Below, in pieces: positions 1 through 9,201 of a DNA stretch of 64,000 nucleotides. The DNA comes from Chromatiales bacterium. Lineage in GTDB: Bacteria; Pseudomonadota; Gammaproteobacteria; SZUA-140. Within the stretch, counting starts at the first letter, position 1; every line of letters starts with the position of its first letter. The stretch lies in contig JBJHCZ010000011.1 of NCBI GenBank assembly GCA_050486285.1, positions 737-64,736 on the forward strand, written 5' to 3'. Position numbers and translations under genes: made by a program. The notes beneath the pieces were generated by a model. That model saw only the letters and a program-made list of their open reading frames with translations, had not been told where the DNA came from and searched no databases.

Positions 1-1
1 C

Positions 2-694
2 TACAGCGAGAAGGACACCTGGCATCGCGGCAACTACAAGACCAATTCGAACAGCGTCGCCGCCTTCGACGAGACCGGTGCGCAGATCGGCATCATATTC
101 CAGACGGCATCGCCCTTCGACACGCCCCGACTGATGACGGAGCTGGTGGCCTGGGTGAACCAAGAGCGCGAGACGGCCCGTCTGCATCCGCTGCTGATCA
201 TTGCCTTGTGCATCGTCGTGTTCCTCGAGATCCACCCCTTCCAGGACGGCAACGGGCGACTCTCCCGCGTGCTGACTACGCTCCTGCTTCTGCAGGCCGG
301 GTACGCCTACGTGCCGTACAGCTCTCTGGAAAGCGTGGTCGAGCAAAGCAAAGAGGCGTACTACCTGGCCTTGCGGCAGACACAAGACACGATCCGCACG
401 GAATCGCCAAACTGGCAACCGTGGCTGGTGTTCTTCCTGCGCTCATTGGCCGAACAGGTGCGGCGGTTGGAGAAGAAGGTCGAGCGCGAGAAGATCGTGC
501 TGGCGGCCATGCCGGAGCTGCAGCTACAGATCGTCGAGTTCGCCCGCGAGCATGGTCGCGTCACCATCGGTGAGGCCATCAAACTGACCGGGGCCAGCCG
601 TAACACGCTGAAGCAGCATTTCCGGTCACTGGTCGAGCGCGGCACGCTTGATCAGCACGGCAGTGGTCGGGGAGTCTGGTACGGCCTGCGCTGA
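2..694 (+). CDS. Fic/DOC family protein, 5'-truncated at window edge (C-terminal ~230 aa present)
   Basis: Frame 2 is open from nt 2. Translation contains the Fic core motif HPFQDGNGRLSR and a C-terminal winged-HTH-like region. The motif lies only ~35 aa into the annotated ORF, so the N-terminus must lie upstream of the window. Confidence 0.8.
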   Translation, partial: YSEKDTWHRGNYKTNSNSVAAFDETGAQIGIIFQTASPFDTPRLMTELVAWVNQERETARLHPLLIIALCIVVFLEIHPFQDGNGRLSRVLTTLLLLQAGYAYVPYSSLESVVEQSKEAYYLALRQTQDTIRTESPNWQPWLVFFLRSLAEQVRRLEKKVEREKIVLAAMPELQLQIVEFAREHGRVTIGEAIKLTGASRNTLKQHFRSLVERGTLDQHGSGRGVWYGLR

Positions 695-772
695 GGACTG
701 CGGGACGCGGGTTCGATTCCGTACTTTCAATAGTCGTTTGATGAGGGGTACCATCCCACCACCAATATCGAA

Positions 773-802
773 ACCCCGACCGTTCCCGGCTGGGGTTTTT
801 TC
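773..802 (+). terminator. Rho-independent terminator candidate downstream of the fic-like gene
   Basis: Imperfect GC hairpin CCCCGACCG-ttcc-CGGCTGGGG followed by TTTTTT. Confidence 0.4.
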
Positions 803-978
803 TTGCCCGATCGCACAGGTTCCCGCGTGAGGATGCGCGCGGACGAATCAAGCGGTTGAATTGCAGTATTGGCTCCCGAAACCGACTAACTGCTGCTAAC
901 CGTGCGACCTGTGGCGCCGCACTACGCCTTACTTTCGCTCCTATTTAATGTTACGGTCGTTACATTTATAATGGCGCC

Positions 979-1521
979 ATGAACACATCCACCTGGTTAC
1001 TCCTCACCTATAAAGTCCCCGCCGAACCGGCCAGGAAGCGGGTTGCGCTTTGGCGTCGCCTCAAGGGCATGGGGGCCGTCTACCTGCAGAACGGCGTCTG
1101 TCTGCTACCCAAGACCGACGACCACACCCGGCGTCTCAAGATGATCGAGAACGAGATCGAAGAGATGGCGGGCGAATCTGTCCTGCTGGAGACGGTGGCG
1201 CTGGATCAGGCACAGGAGCACAAGGTCGTCAGCCGCTTCAAGGCGGACCGCGACGAGGAGTACGTCGAGTTTCTGGACAAGTGCAAAGACTTCGAAGCCG
1301 AGATCGCCAGGGAGACGGCGGCCAGTCACTTCACCTACGCCGAACTCGAAGAGAACGACGTCGATCTGAAAAAGCTCCAGTCCTGGCTGGAGAAGATCCG
1401 CAAGCTCGATTTCTACGGTGCGTCCCTGGCAGATGAAGCCGTGCAGCGCCTGCAGGCGTGCGAAGCGCTGCTCGATGCCTATGCCCAGCGGGTGTTCGAC
1501 GCCCACGACGAAAACCAATAG
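979..1521 (+). CDS. ChrB N-terminal-domain-like protein (short, 180 aa)
   Basis: N-terminus TWLLLTYKVPAEPARKRVALWRRLKGMGAVYLQNGVCLLP matches the conserved ChrB_N pattern (WLLLxxxLPxxPSxxRVxxWRRLxxxGAV..G.YLLP). A TATAAT hexamer sits ~8 nt upstream of the ATG. Confidence 0.5.
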   Translation: MNTSTWLLLTYKVPAEPARKRVALWRRLKGMGAVYLQNGVCLLPKTDDHTRRLKMIENEIEEMAGESVLLETVALDQAQEHKVVSRFKADRDEEYVEFLDKCKDFEAEIARETAASHFTYAELEENDVDLKKLQSWLEKIRKLDFYGASLADEAVQRLQACEALLDAYAQRVFDAHDENQ

Positions 1522-1664
1522 TCCCCAACACTCACTCTGCGGAAGCACGCCATGAAACTCACCATCCTCACTTACAACACACGCTTTGCCGGCCGCGACG
1601 GCAGCGATGCGCGCCGCGTCCAGGCACACAACGGCATGCGCGATTTTCTGACCGAGGTAGCAAG

Positions 1665-2921
1665 GTGAGCAAAAGGAACGAATCCGCCACCACGGATGCG
1701 GACGATACGCAACAGCCCAGGCGCTGGCTGAACCGCACCGTCGCCGGCGCCGGCATCACCAGCGCGCTCGGCGATTTCTGCTACGAGACCACCACCGTGA
1801 TCCTGCCCGGTTTTCTGGCCGTGCTCGGCATCCCGGCGGCGGCGCTCGGGCTCATCGAGGGGATCGCGGATGCGGTAGCGAGCTTCACCAAGATGGGCTC
1901 GGGCTACATCGCCGACAAACTCGGCCATCGCAAGCTGCTGGTGCTGGTCGGTTACGGGCTGACGCCGCTCGGGCAGGCCATGATCGCGCTCGCGGTCGGC
2001 TGGCCGCTGATCCTGCTCGGGCGCATGGTGTCCTGGTTTGGCAAGGGTCTGCGCGGGCCGCTGCGCGACGCCATCGTGATCCAGTCGGTCCACCCGGCGA
2101 CGCGCGGGCGCGCCTTCGGCTTTCATCGCGCGGCGGATACCGTCGGCGCGGTGCTCGGCCCGCTGCTCGGGGTGGCCTTGCTCGGGCTGGCGCAGGGCTG
2201 GCACTGGGAGGACGACGCCGGTCCCTTCCGCTTCGTGCTGTGGCTGTCGCTGATCCCCGGCGTGCTGGCCGTGGCGGCCTTCCTGATTCTGGTGCAGGAC
2301 CCGCAGCATTCGCCGAATCCGGCGCTGAAGTTCTTCGGCTCGCTGCGCGAGCTGCCGGCGCGCTTCAAGCGTTATCTCGGCGCCGTCGGCCTGTTCGGGA
2401 TCGGCGATTTCTCCCATGCGCTGCTGATCCTGGCCGCCACCACGCTGCTCACGCCCGGCATGGGTGTGGTGCAGGCCGCGCAGGTCGCCGGGCTGTTGTA
2501 CGTCTGGCGCAACGTCGTGCAGGTGGCCGCGTCCTGGCCCGTGGGTTGGCTGGCCGACCGCGTCGGCCATCTGCCCGTGCTGCTGGCGGGCTATGCCCTG
2601 GGCGCAACGACAGCGGCGCTGACGGCATTGGCCTTCTGGTTCGGCATCGACAGCATTCTGCTGCTGGCGGGCATCTTCTGCATCGCCGGCTTGTATGTGG
2701 CCGTGCAGGAGGCGCTGGAATCCACGGTGACGGCGGACATGGTGCAGGGCGAGACGCTGACCCTGAGTATCGGTGCACTGGGCACGGTCAACGGTGTTGC
2801 GAAATTCATTTCCAGCGCCACGGTCGGCGTGGTGTGGACGGTCGTCTCGCCGACGCTGGCCTTCGCGCTCGCTGCCACCTTCATGCTGGCCGGCACCCTT
2901 GCAATGCAACGCGCGAGGTAA
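1665..2921 (+). CDS. MFS transporter (418 aa)
   Basis: 12-TM-like hydrophobic profile with MFS-type loop motifs. GTG start at 1665 has a GAGG Shine-Dalgarno 8 nt upstream. The ORF-track N-terminal extension (from 1458) is Arg/Pro-rich non-coding-like. Confidence 0.7.
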   Translation: MSKRNESATTDADDTQQPRRWLNRTVAGAGITSALGDFCYETTTVILPGFLAVLGIPAAALGLIEGIADAVASFTKMGSGYIADKLGHRKLLVLVGYGLTPLGQAMIALAVGWPLILLGRMVSWFGKGLRGPLRDAIVIQSVHPATRGRAFGFHRAADTVGAVLGPLLGVALLGLAQGWHWEDDAGPFRFVLWLSLIPGVLAVAAFLILVQDPQHSPNPALKFFGSLRELPARFKRYLGAVGLFGIGDFSHALLILAATTLLTPGMGVVQAAQVAGLLYVWRNVVQVAASWPVGWLADRVGHLPVLLAGYALGATTAALTALAFWFGIDSILLLAGIFCIAGLYVAVQEALESTVTADMVQGETLTLSIGALGTVNGVAKFISSATVGVVWTVVSPTLAFALAATFMLAGTLAMQRAR

Positions 2922-2928
2922 CCACAGG

Positions 2929-3675
2929 GTGGAGTTGACGACATCCGCGTTATTGATCTTCTGCCTGAGCCTGGCGCTGATCGCCATGTTGTATGGCAGC
3001 GTCGGCCAGGCCGGTGCATCAGGCTTCGTTGCCCTGTTGGCGCTGTTCAGTTTTGCGCCCGACATTATCAAGCCCACGGCATTGGTGCTCAATGTGCTGG
3101 TATCCAGCGTGGTGGCGCTGCGCTTTGCCCGATCCGGTCATTTCTCATGGCCGTTGCTGCGACCGTTCCTGATCGCCTCGATGCCCGCCGCGCTCGTCGG
3201 CGGCTACCTGACCTTGCCTCCAGGCGTCTTCAATACATTGCTGGGGATTCTCCTGCTGGTTGCAGGCGCACCCTTCTTCCTTCGCAAGGTCCCGACCCCT
3301 ACCAAAGTGGTCAGTCCCCCGCTAATCCTTGCGTTGCTGGCAGGTGGCGTCATTGGTCTCGTATCAGGGCTGACCGGCATGGGCGGGGGCGTACTGTTGG
3401 CGCCACTGCTCATCTACTGCCAATGGGCAAAGGCCCAGGCCACTGCTGCGGCATCTGCGGTGTTCATCCTGCTCAACTCGATCATGGCACTGCTTGGACA
3501 CCTGAGCGTCGTCGATCAACTGCCGCCCCATCTTGCCTGGTTCGCGCTGGCGGCAGTCATCGGCGGTGTCATTGGGGCGCGATTGGGCAGCAGCTACCTG
3601 TCCGCCGCCACGATTCATCGCATTCTGGGTGGAACGCTGCTGATCGCAGGGATCAAGTTGGTGTGGCCAGCCTGA
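2929..3675 (+). CDS. TauE/SafE (DUF81) family sulfite/anion exporter
   Basis: ~248 aa with two 4-TM repeats and GMGGGVLLAPLL motifs. GTG start lies 8 nt after the MFS stop. Upstream part of the track ORF lies in a different reading context. Confidence 0.75.
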   Translation: MELTTSALLIFCLSLALIAMLYGSVGQAGASGFVALLALFSFAPDIIKPTALVLNVLVSSVVALRFARSGHFSWPLLRPFLIASMPAALVGGYLTLPPGVFNTLLGILLLVAGAPFFLRKVPTPTKVVSPPLILALLAGGVIGLVSGLTGMGGGVLLAPLLIYCQWAKAQATAAASAVFILLNSIMALLGHLSVVDQLPPHLAWFALAAVIGGVIGARLGSSYLSAATIHRILGGTLLIAGIKLVWPA

Positions 3676-3725
3676 TGCCAGCATCGTGGACTGCGCCCGG
3701 CTGATGGCAGTGTCTCAGACTTGAT

Positions 3726-4133
3726 TCAGCTACTTTCCTCAGGGGCCCTGCGAAACCTGATCAGCTTTCGCCGGCTGCGTTTGTCCGGCCGCTGCGCCGG
3801 TGCCGGTGATCGCCCACCGTGCAGCCGCCGTTCCTCGGCCGCCTGTTCCCGCTGCTGCCGACTCTCGTCGGTCTCGCGATAGAGCCGCTGCGCCTCCGGC
3901 GCCGGACCGCGACGCTCGCTCAGGCCCTCGACGATGATCGTATAGTCGATCCTGCTGCGCGTGATCTGCAGGACATCCCCTGCATGCAGCAGGCGCGAGG
4001 CCTTCACGCGCTGACCGTTGACCTGCACCCTGCCGCCGCTGACGGCCGCGCTCGCGAGCGTGCGCGTCCTGTAGAATCGCGCCGCCCACAGCCATTTGTC
4101 GATGCGCGCGCCTTCCGCCCTGCTTTCCACCAT
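3726..4133 (-). CDS. hslR: Ribosome-associated heat shock protein Hsp15 (S4 RNA-binding domain)
   Basis: RIDKWLWAARFYRTRTLASAAVSGGRVQVNGQRVKASR matches the Hsp15 N-terminus. Start assigned to the internal Met (MVESRAEGARIDKW). Confidence 0.8.
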   Translation of the reverse strand: MVESRAEGARIDKWLWAARFYRTRTLASAAVSGGRVQVNGQRVKASRLLHAGDVLQITRSRIDYTIIVEGLSERRGPAPEAQRLYRETDESRQQREQAAEERRLHGGRSPAPAQRPDKRSRRKLIRFRRAPEESS

Positions 4134-4255
4134 CACGATATTTTCCGTCTCCTCATCCTGTGAGTTAGGATACCGCCATGTTCCGCCGGCGTGCATCCAC
4201 TCACTCTGATCGGGGGATCCCCTCCGCCCGATGACTACCGGACCATTACTAAGGA

Positions 4256-5173
4256 ATGGATCTCATGACCACGCTCAAAGACCTCAATCACCGCCACTCC
4301 CTCGGCGAGCAACTCCGCTTCCGGGAGGACGCGGGCGGCCTGATCGTCGCGGAGATCGATACCCCGCAGGCCATCGCCTCGCTCTGCCTGCAGGGCGCGC
4401 ACCTGATGACATGGCAACCGCGGACGCAGGCCGAGCCGGTGATCTGGCTGTCGAAGCTCGCGAAGCTCATACCTGGTAAATCGATCCGCGGCGGTGTGCC
4501 GGTGTGCTGGCCGTGGTTCGGACCGCACGCTACGAACGACAAACTGCCCGGTCACGGTTTCGCCCGCACCGTGCCGTGGGAGCTCAGCGCAACGCGCATG
4601 ACGGACGACGGCGCGATCGAAATCACGCTGGCGCTCGCCGGTAACGAACAGACGCGCGCGCAGTTTCCGCAGCGGGTCCGGGCCGGGTTGCGGATCACGG
4701 TCGGCGCGACGCTCCAGGCGGCGTTGACCACGGTCAACGAGGATGACCGGGACGTGACGATCGGCGAGGCGCTGCATACCTATTTCCGCATCGGCGACAT
4801 CGCAGCGGCGCGCGTGCGTGGGCTTGAAGGCTGCGCGTATCTCGACAAGGTCGATGACGGTGTGCGCAAGCATCATTCCGGAGCAATCACCTTCACAGGT
4901 GAGACAGATCGCATCTATATCAACACCGATACAAAGTGCGTGATCGAAGACGACCGCCTGCGTCGCCGCATCCGCATCGAAAAATCGGGCAGCCGCTCGA
5001 CCGTGGTGTGGACCCCGTGGGCCGCGAAGGCCGACAAGATGGGCGACTTCGGCCCCGACGGCTGGCGAGGCATGGTGTGTGTCGAGAGCGCGAATGCGGC
5101 GGAGAACGTGGTAACGATCAAGCCCGGCGACCGCCATACGCTGGCGGTGGAGTACCAAGCGGAAGCCCTGTAA
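4256..5173 (+). CDS. D-hexose-6-phosphate mutarotase (aldose 1-epimerase family, YeaD-like)
   Basis: ~300 aa with the PVCWPWFG core typical of YeaD-type aldose-1-epimerase-like proteins. Confidence 0.7.
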   Translation: MDLMTTLKDLNHRHSLGEQLRFREDAGGLIVAEIDTPQAIASLCLQGAHLMTWQPRTQAEPVIWLSKLAKLIPGKSIRGGVPVCWPWFGPHATNDKLPGHGFARTVPWELSATRMTDDGAIEITLALAGNEQTRAQFPQRVRAGLRITVGATLQAALTTVNEDDRDVTIGEALHTYFRIGDIAAARVRGLEGCAYLDKVDDGVRKHHSGAITFTGETDRIYINTDTKCVIEDDRLRRRIRIEKSGSRSTVVWTPWAAKADKMGDFGPDGWRGMVCVESANAAENVVTIKPGDRHTLAVEYQAEAL

Positions 5174-5420
5174 CCGGGTCGGACCACGGCAAGCTACTGA
5201 TTTATCACATCCTCAAGAAAATGGGCGCGCACCAGTTTGCCGAAATTCCGCTCGATCGTCTTTTTCAGGGTCAGAATTGACTCTTGCGGCAGCACCGGCA
5301 CAGACAGCCATGCTCGACAGCGATTTTCACCCCTGAAAATCGCTCGGGAGGCTGGTTTCAAGCCGAAAATTCTGTTTCCTTCAATTTAATTACAATGAGT
5401 TACCGTGGTCCGACCCGGAA
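5173..5420. repeat. MITE-like element copy 1 (~245 bp) with terminal inverted repeats CCGGGTCGGACCACGG / CCGTGGTCCGACCCGG
   Basis: Perfect 16-nt terminal inverted repeats. Internal segments (gctcgatcg..tttt; gattttcacccctgaaaatcgctcgggaggctg) are shared with the copy at 6631-6880. Confidence 0.6.
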
Positions 5421-6644
5421 TCGCTCCTGCACAATCGCCGGCCGATTTGGCAAGGCCAGCGTCACCGTCCAGCAGATCGCGAGCATCACCGCCGACCCGA
5501 TCAGCACCCACGCAAGCCCGCCCCACTGATACAGCAGCCCCGACAGCAGCGTGCCGAGGAAGCGCCCCGACGCGTTCGCCGCGTAGTAGAAGCCGACGTC
5601 CTCGGCCGCCTTCTCCGAGCCGGCATAGGCGAGGATCAGATAGGAATGCACCGACGAGTTGATCGCGAACACAATGCCGAACAGGCCGAGGCCGGCGACG
5701 ACGATCCAGACCAGGTGATCGACGTCGGCGATGACCGGCACCGCGAGCGCGGCCGGGATCAGCGCGAGTACCGCCGACCAGCGCCGCGCGGCAGGGACTT
5801 CACGGCTCAGGCCGTCGGGGCTGTGGCGCACCAGCGCGGGCGCGATTGCCTGCACCGCGCCATAGCCGATCGTCCACAGCGCCATGAAGGCGCCGACCAT
5901 CGCGAAGGTCCAGCCCGACGCATAGAGGAACACCGGCACGCCGACGACGAACCACACATCGCGCGCGCCGAACAATGCGACGCGCGCAGCGGCGAGCAGG
6001 TTGATGCCGCGATGCTTCGCGAACAGCTCACGCGCCGAGCGCGAGGCGGCGCCCCGACCGAGGTTCGGCGGCAACAGCGCAACGACGCCGATCAGCACAA
6101 ACAACAGCAGCGCCGCCATCACCCACAATGCGACCTGAAAACCCAGCGCCTGCAGCAGCACGCCGCCGATAAAAAAACCGGCGCCCTTCATCGCGTTCTT
6201 GCTGCCGGTGAAGAACGCGACCCAGCGAAACAGCTGTCCCGAGGCTTCGCCGGCGGTCAGCTTGATCGCCGACTTGCTCGCGGTCTTGGTCAGGTCCTTG
6301 GCAACGCCGCAGATGCCCTGGGCAAGTACGACCCACGCCACCGACAACGCCGCCGCCCAGGTCGGGGACAACGCCGAGAGCAGCAGGAAACCGGCGATCT
6401 GCAGGCTCAGGCCGGTCGCCAGCATGCGCGAGATCCCGAAGCGCGTCGCCAGCCAGCCGCCGACCAGATTCGCGACGATGCCCGCCGCCTCGTAGAGCAG
6501 AAACAGCAGCGCGAGCGTGAACGGCGAGTAACCGAGCTGGTAGAAATGCAGCAGCACCAGCATGCGCAGCGCGCCGTCGGTCAGCGTGAATCCCCAGTAC
6601 GAGGCGGTGACGATCGCGTATGGTCTCAACTGGGGTCGGACCAC
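5400..6644 (-). CDS. MFS transporter whose start and stop codons lie inside the flanking MITE-like repeats
   Basis: MFS-type TM profile. The N-terminal codons (M/V-V-R-P-Q) and C-terminal codons (..RFRVGPR*) are encoded by the GGTCGGACCACGG terminal repeats of the two elements. Confidence 0.65.
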   Translation of the reverse strand: MVRPQLRPYAIVTASYWGFTLTDGALRMLVLLHFYQLGYSPFTLALLFLLYEAAGIVANLVGGWLATRFGISRMLATGLSLQIAGFLLLSALSPTWAAALSVAWVVLAQGICGVAKDLTKTASKSAIKLTAGEASGQLFRWVAFFTGSKNAMKGAGFFIGGVLLQALGFQVALWVMAALLLFVLIGVVALLPPNLGRGAASRSARELFAKHRGINLLAAARVALFGARDVWFVVGVPVFLYASGWTFAMVGAFMALWTIGYGAVQAIAPALVRHSPDGLSREVPAARRWSAVLALIPAALAVPVIADVDHLVWIVVAGLGLFGIVFAINSSVHSYLILAYAGSEKAAEDVGFYYAANASGRFLGTLLSGLLYQWGGLAWVLIGSAVMLAICWTVTLALPNRPAIVQERFRVGPR

Positions 6645-6880
6645 GGCAAGTCACTGAATATTTGGAAAGTCAAAGTCAGAGGCATGCCTGTATTAGCGGT
6701 CATTGTGCTCGATCGCCATTTTGGAGCTCAAAAATGACAATGCTGTTACACCAGGAATGGGCAACTGTGCGCATTGGGTGATTTTACCCCTGAAAAGCGC
6801 CCGGGAGGGCTGTTTCAGGCCTGAAATCCAGGGTCTTTGATCCAGATTACAATAACTTGCCGTGGTCCGACCCCGAATAA
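6631..6880. repeat. MITE-like element copy 2 (~250 bp), same family and orientation as 5173-5420
   Basis: Termini GGGGTCGGACCACGGCAAG ... CTTGCCGTGGTCCGACCCC. Internal blocks (gattttacccctgaaaagcgcccgggagggctg) are ~80% identical to copy 1. Confidence 0.6.
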
Positions 6881-6910
6881 CGCAGCATCGGCTTGCCTTG
6901 TTTTATTGTT

Positions 6911-6922
6911 ATGTTATAACAT
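6911..6922 (+). promoter_or_regulatory. Zur box (perfect palindrome ATGTTATAACAT) upstream of the OMP-znuABC-zur operon
   Basis: Perfect 12-bp palindrome in an AT-rich stretch ~50 nt upstream of the first gene of a zinc-uptake operon that ends with zur. Matches the gammaproteobacterial Zur-box core (GTTATAATATAAC-like). Confidence 0.6.
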
Positions 6923-6973
6923 TCTTTTACTGCGGCCCCGGGAGGCTGTTCGTAATCTGGAGGGTGACCGGTC

Positions 6974-8281
6974 ATGTACCAGGACAAGTACGGTAGTTCC
7001 GTCTGTGCGGCCGCGATCGGCTGCGCCATGCTCGCGACGAGCGCAACGGCGTCGCAATCGTCATTCAACCCGCGGATCTCGGCCTTCCTCGACGGTGCGT
7101 TCTACAGCGACAGCGTTCACGGCGAGTCCTTCGAAATACTCGAGCGCGCCGCCGGCTTCGGCGGCGGTCATCATCACGACCACGATCACGCCCACGGGCA
7201 CGACGCCTTCCAACGCGGCTTCAACCTGCGCGAACTCGAGATCGGACTGGAGGCTGCGGTCGATCCCTATTTCGATGCGATCGCGATCATCACGATCGAT
7301 AGCAACGGCGGCGTCGAACTCGAAGAGGCCTTTGCGACGACGCGTGCCCTGCCCGCCGGCCTGCAGCTGAAGTTCGGCAAGTTTCTCAGCGACATCGGTT
7401 ACATCAATCGCATGGACCCGCACGAGTTGGACTTCACCGACCGCCCGCTGGTCAACCAGATGCTGTTCGGCGATCACGGCCTGCAGGAACTCGGCGTGCA
7501 GTTGTCCTGGCTGGCGCCGACCACGACCTTCCTGCAACTCGGCCTCGAGATCCTGCAAGGGGAAAGCGAGGGTTTTGCCAACTACCAGGGCGGCGAGACG
7601 CTCGCGGGTTTCGATGGCGAGCGCGTGCTGACGGAACGGTCCGGCCCCCGCCTGGTCACGAGCTTCGCGCGCTGGTCGCCGGACCTCGGCGTCGATCACA
7701 CATCGCGATTCGGTATGTCCGGCGGTTTCGTCTCGCAGTTCCACGAGATCGAGGAACACGGCAGCCGCTTCGTCGATGCCGACGGCGATGCCTGGTTCGC
7801 CGGCATCGACTGGGTGCACAAGTACGACGGCGGCGGTTTCCTCGGCCATCGCAACTGGCAGTTGCAGGGAGAGTACTACTACCGGGTCCGGGACTTCGAC
7901 CTGCTGGTCACGCCGCGCACCGATCCGACCCACGCGGCCCAGGCGCTCGACGGCGCCTACCGGAACAAACAGGACGGGATCTATCTGCAGGGCGTCTACG
8001 GCATCGCACCGCGCTGGCAGCTCGGCGCGCGCTATGACGGTGTCGGCTTCACCAACCGCGTCGGAGAGCACTCGCCGGGCGCCTCACACCGCTACACCGG
8101 CATGGCGAGCTTCGCGCCGACCGAGTTCTCGCGCCTGCGCCTGCAATACGCCTACGGCGACATCCTGACCGCCGATGTCAGCAACATCGTCGGCATCAAC
8201 GAGACCGGACGCGAGAACTTCCACCAGTTCTTCCTGCAGTTCATCGTCGGTATCGGCGCGCACAGCGCGCACGCATTTTGA
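6974..8281 (+). CDS. Putative Zur-regulated outer-membrane beta-barrel protein with a His-rich metal-binding segment
   Basis: Signal-peptide-like N-terminus, the tract GGGHHHDHDHAHGHD, alternating amphipathic strands and a C-terminal ...AHAF (terminal Phe as in OM barrels). First gene of the znu operon. Family not identified. Confidence 0.5.
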   Translation: MYQDKYGSSVCAAAIGCAMLATSATASQSSFNPRISAFLDGAFYSDSVHGESFEILERAAGFGGGHHHDHDHAHGHDAFQRGFNLRELEIGLEAAVDPYFDAIAIITIDSNGGVELEEAFATTRALPAGLQLKFGKFLSDIGYINRMDPHELDFTDRPLVNQMLFGDHGLQELGVQLSWLAPTTTFLQLGLEILQGESEGFANYQGGETLAGFDGERVLTERSGPRLVTSFARWSPDLGVDHTSRFGMSGGFVSQFHEIEEHGSRFVDADGDAWFAGIDWVHKYDGGGFLGHRNWQLQGEYYYRVRDFDLLVTPRTDPTHAAQALDGAYRNKQDGIYLQGVYGIAPRWQLGARYDGVGFTNRVGEHSPGASHRYTGMASFAPTEFSRLRLQYAYGDILTADVSNIVGINETGRENFHQFFLQFIVGIGAHSAHAF

Positions 8282-8294
8282 GCGAGGGAGGTCC

Positions 8295-9201
8295 GATGTC
8301 CGTGATTCGTTTGTTGCTGTTTGCCGTTTGCGCAGCGCTGTCTGCACCCGTGCCCGCGCAGGCGCCGCTCCAGGTCGTCGCGACGACGAGCAACATGGGC
8401 ATGCTCGCGCACACCGTCGGCGGCGACGCCGTAGCGGTCAGCGTGCTGGCGCCGCCCGGCCGCGACGCGCATCACCTGCAGGTCCGGCCGTCGATGATGG
8501 CCGCGCTGCGCCGCGCCGATCTCGTCGTCGCGGTCGGCGCCGAACTCGAGACCGGCTGGTTGCCGCCGGCGATCCGCGGCGCGGCCAACCCGCGTATCCG
8601 GACCGGGCAACCGGGCTACCTCGAACTTGCGCGCGGCCTCGACCTGATCGATGCCGGGCGTCCGGCCGATCGCGCCCTCGGCGACGTCCATCCCGAGGGA
8701 AATCCGCATTTCTATCTCGATCCGCTGCGCATGGCCGAGGCGGCCGGCGTACTCGCCGAACGTCTCGCCGAATTGCGCCCGGCACAGGCACAGACCTTCC
8801 GTGATAATGCCGCGGCCTTCGCCGGCGCGATCGAAGAACGGATGCCCGCCTGGCAGGCGCGCGCCGCCGATGCGCCAGGCGTCGTGCTGTTTCACAGCGA
8901 CGGGCGCTATCTGGCGGATCGCTTCGGCATCACTGTGTTCGGGACGATCGAACCCCTGCCCGGCATCCCGCCGACCGCCTCGCATCTGAACGCGCTGGTG
9001 CGCGATCTCGCGGGGCGGGACGGCGTCGTGATCCATGCATACTGGCACCCGGCGCAAGGCCCGCAATTCCTCGCGCGCGAACTCGGCTGGCCGGTGCGGG
9101 TCGTCAGGCACGATGTCCCGCTCGACCGCATGGACAGCGAAGGCTGGTTCGCGATGATCGGGACATGGATCGACGCGCTCGGCGACGGACGGCGGGAATG
9201 A
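8295..9201 (+). CDS. znuA: Zinc ABC transporter periplasmic substrate-binding protein (TroA/ZnuA family)
   Basis: Signal peptide followed by a ZnuA-like fold with conserved His/Asp ligands (HHLQ, DPH..YLD). ATG at 8295 has a GAGGGAGG Shine-Dalgarno. Operon context. Confidence 0.8.

Noticed and set aside
700-735. tRNA-like GGTTCGATTCC (T-loop-like) sequence after the fic-like gene, considered as a tRNA gene or island att remnant
   Set aside because: No acceptor, D or anticodon arms can be folded. Flanking stem nucleotides are not complementary. Its position relative to the intact tRNA-Arg is on the wrong side for an attL/attR pair.
1572-3092. Very long antisense ORFs opposite real genes (for example 1572-3092 minus, 11260-12468 minus, 13808-15340 minus, 22760-25534 plus, 25177-26787 plus, 27000-29015 minus, 39962-41680 plus, 50927-52726 plus)
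   Set aside because: Translations are Arg/Ala/Gly/Pro-rich low-complexity strings typical of stop-codon-poor frames in ~66% GC DNA. Each overlaps a gene with strong family motifs on the other strand.
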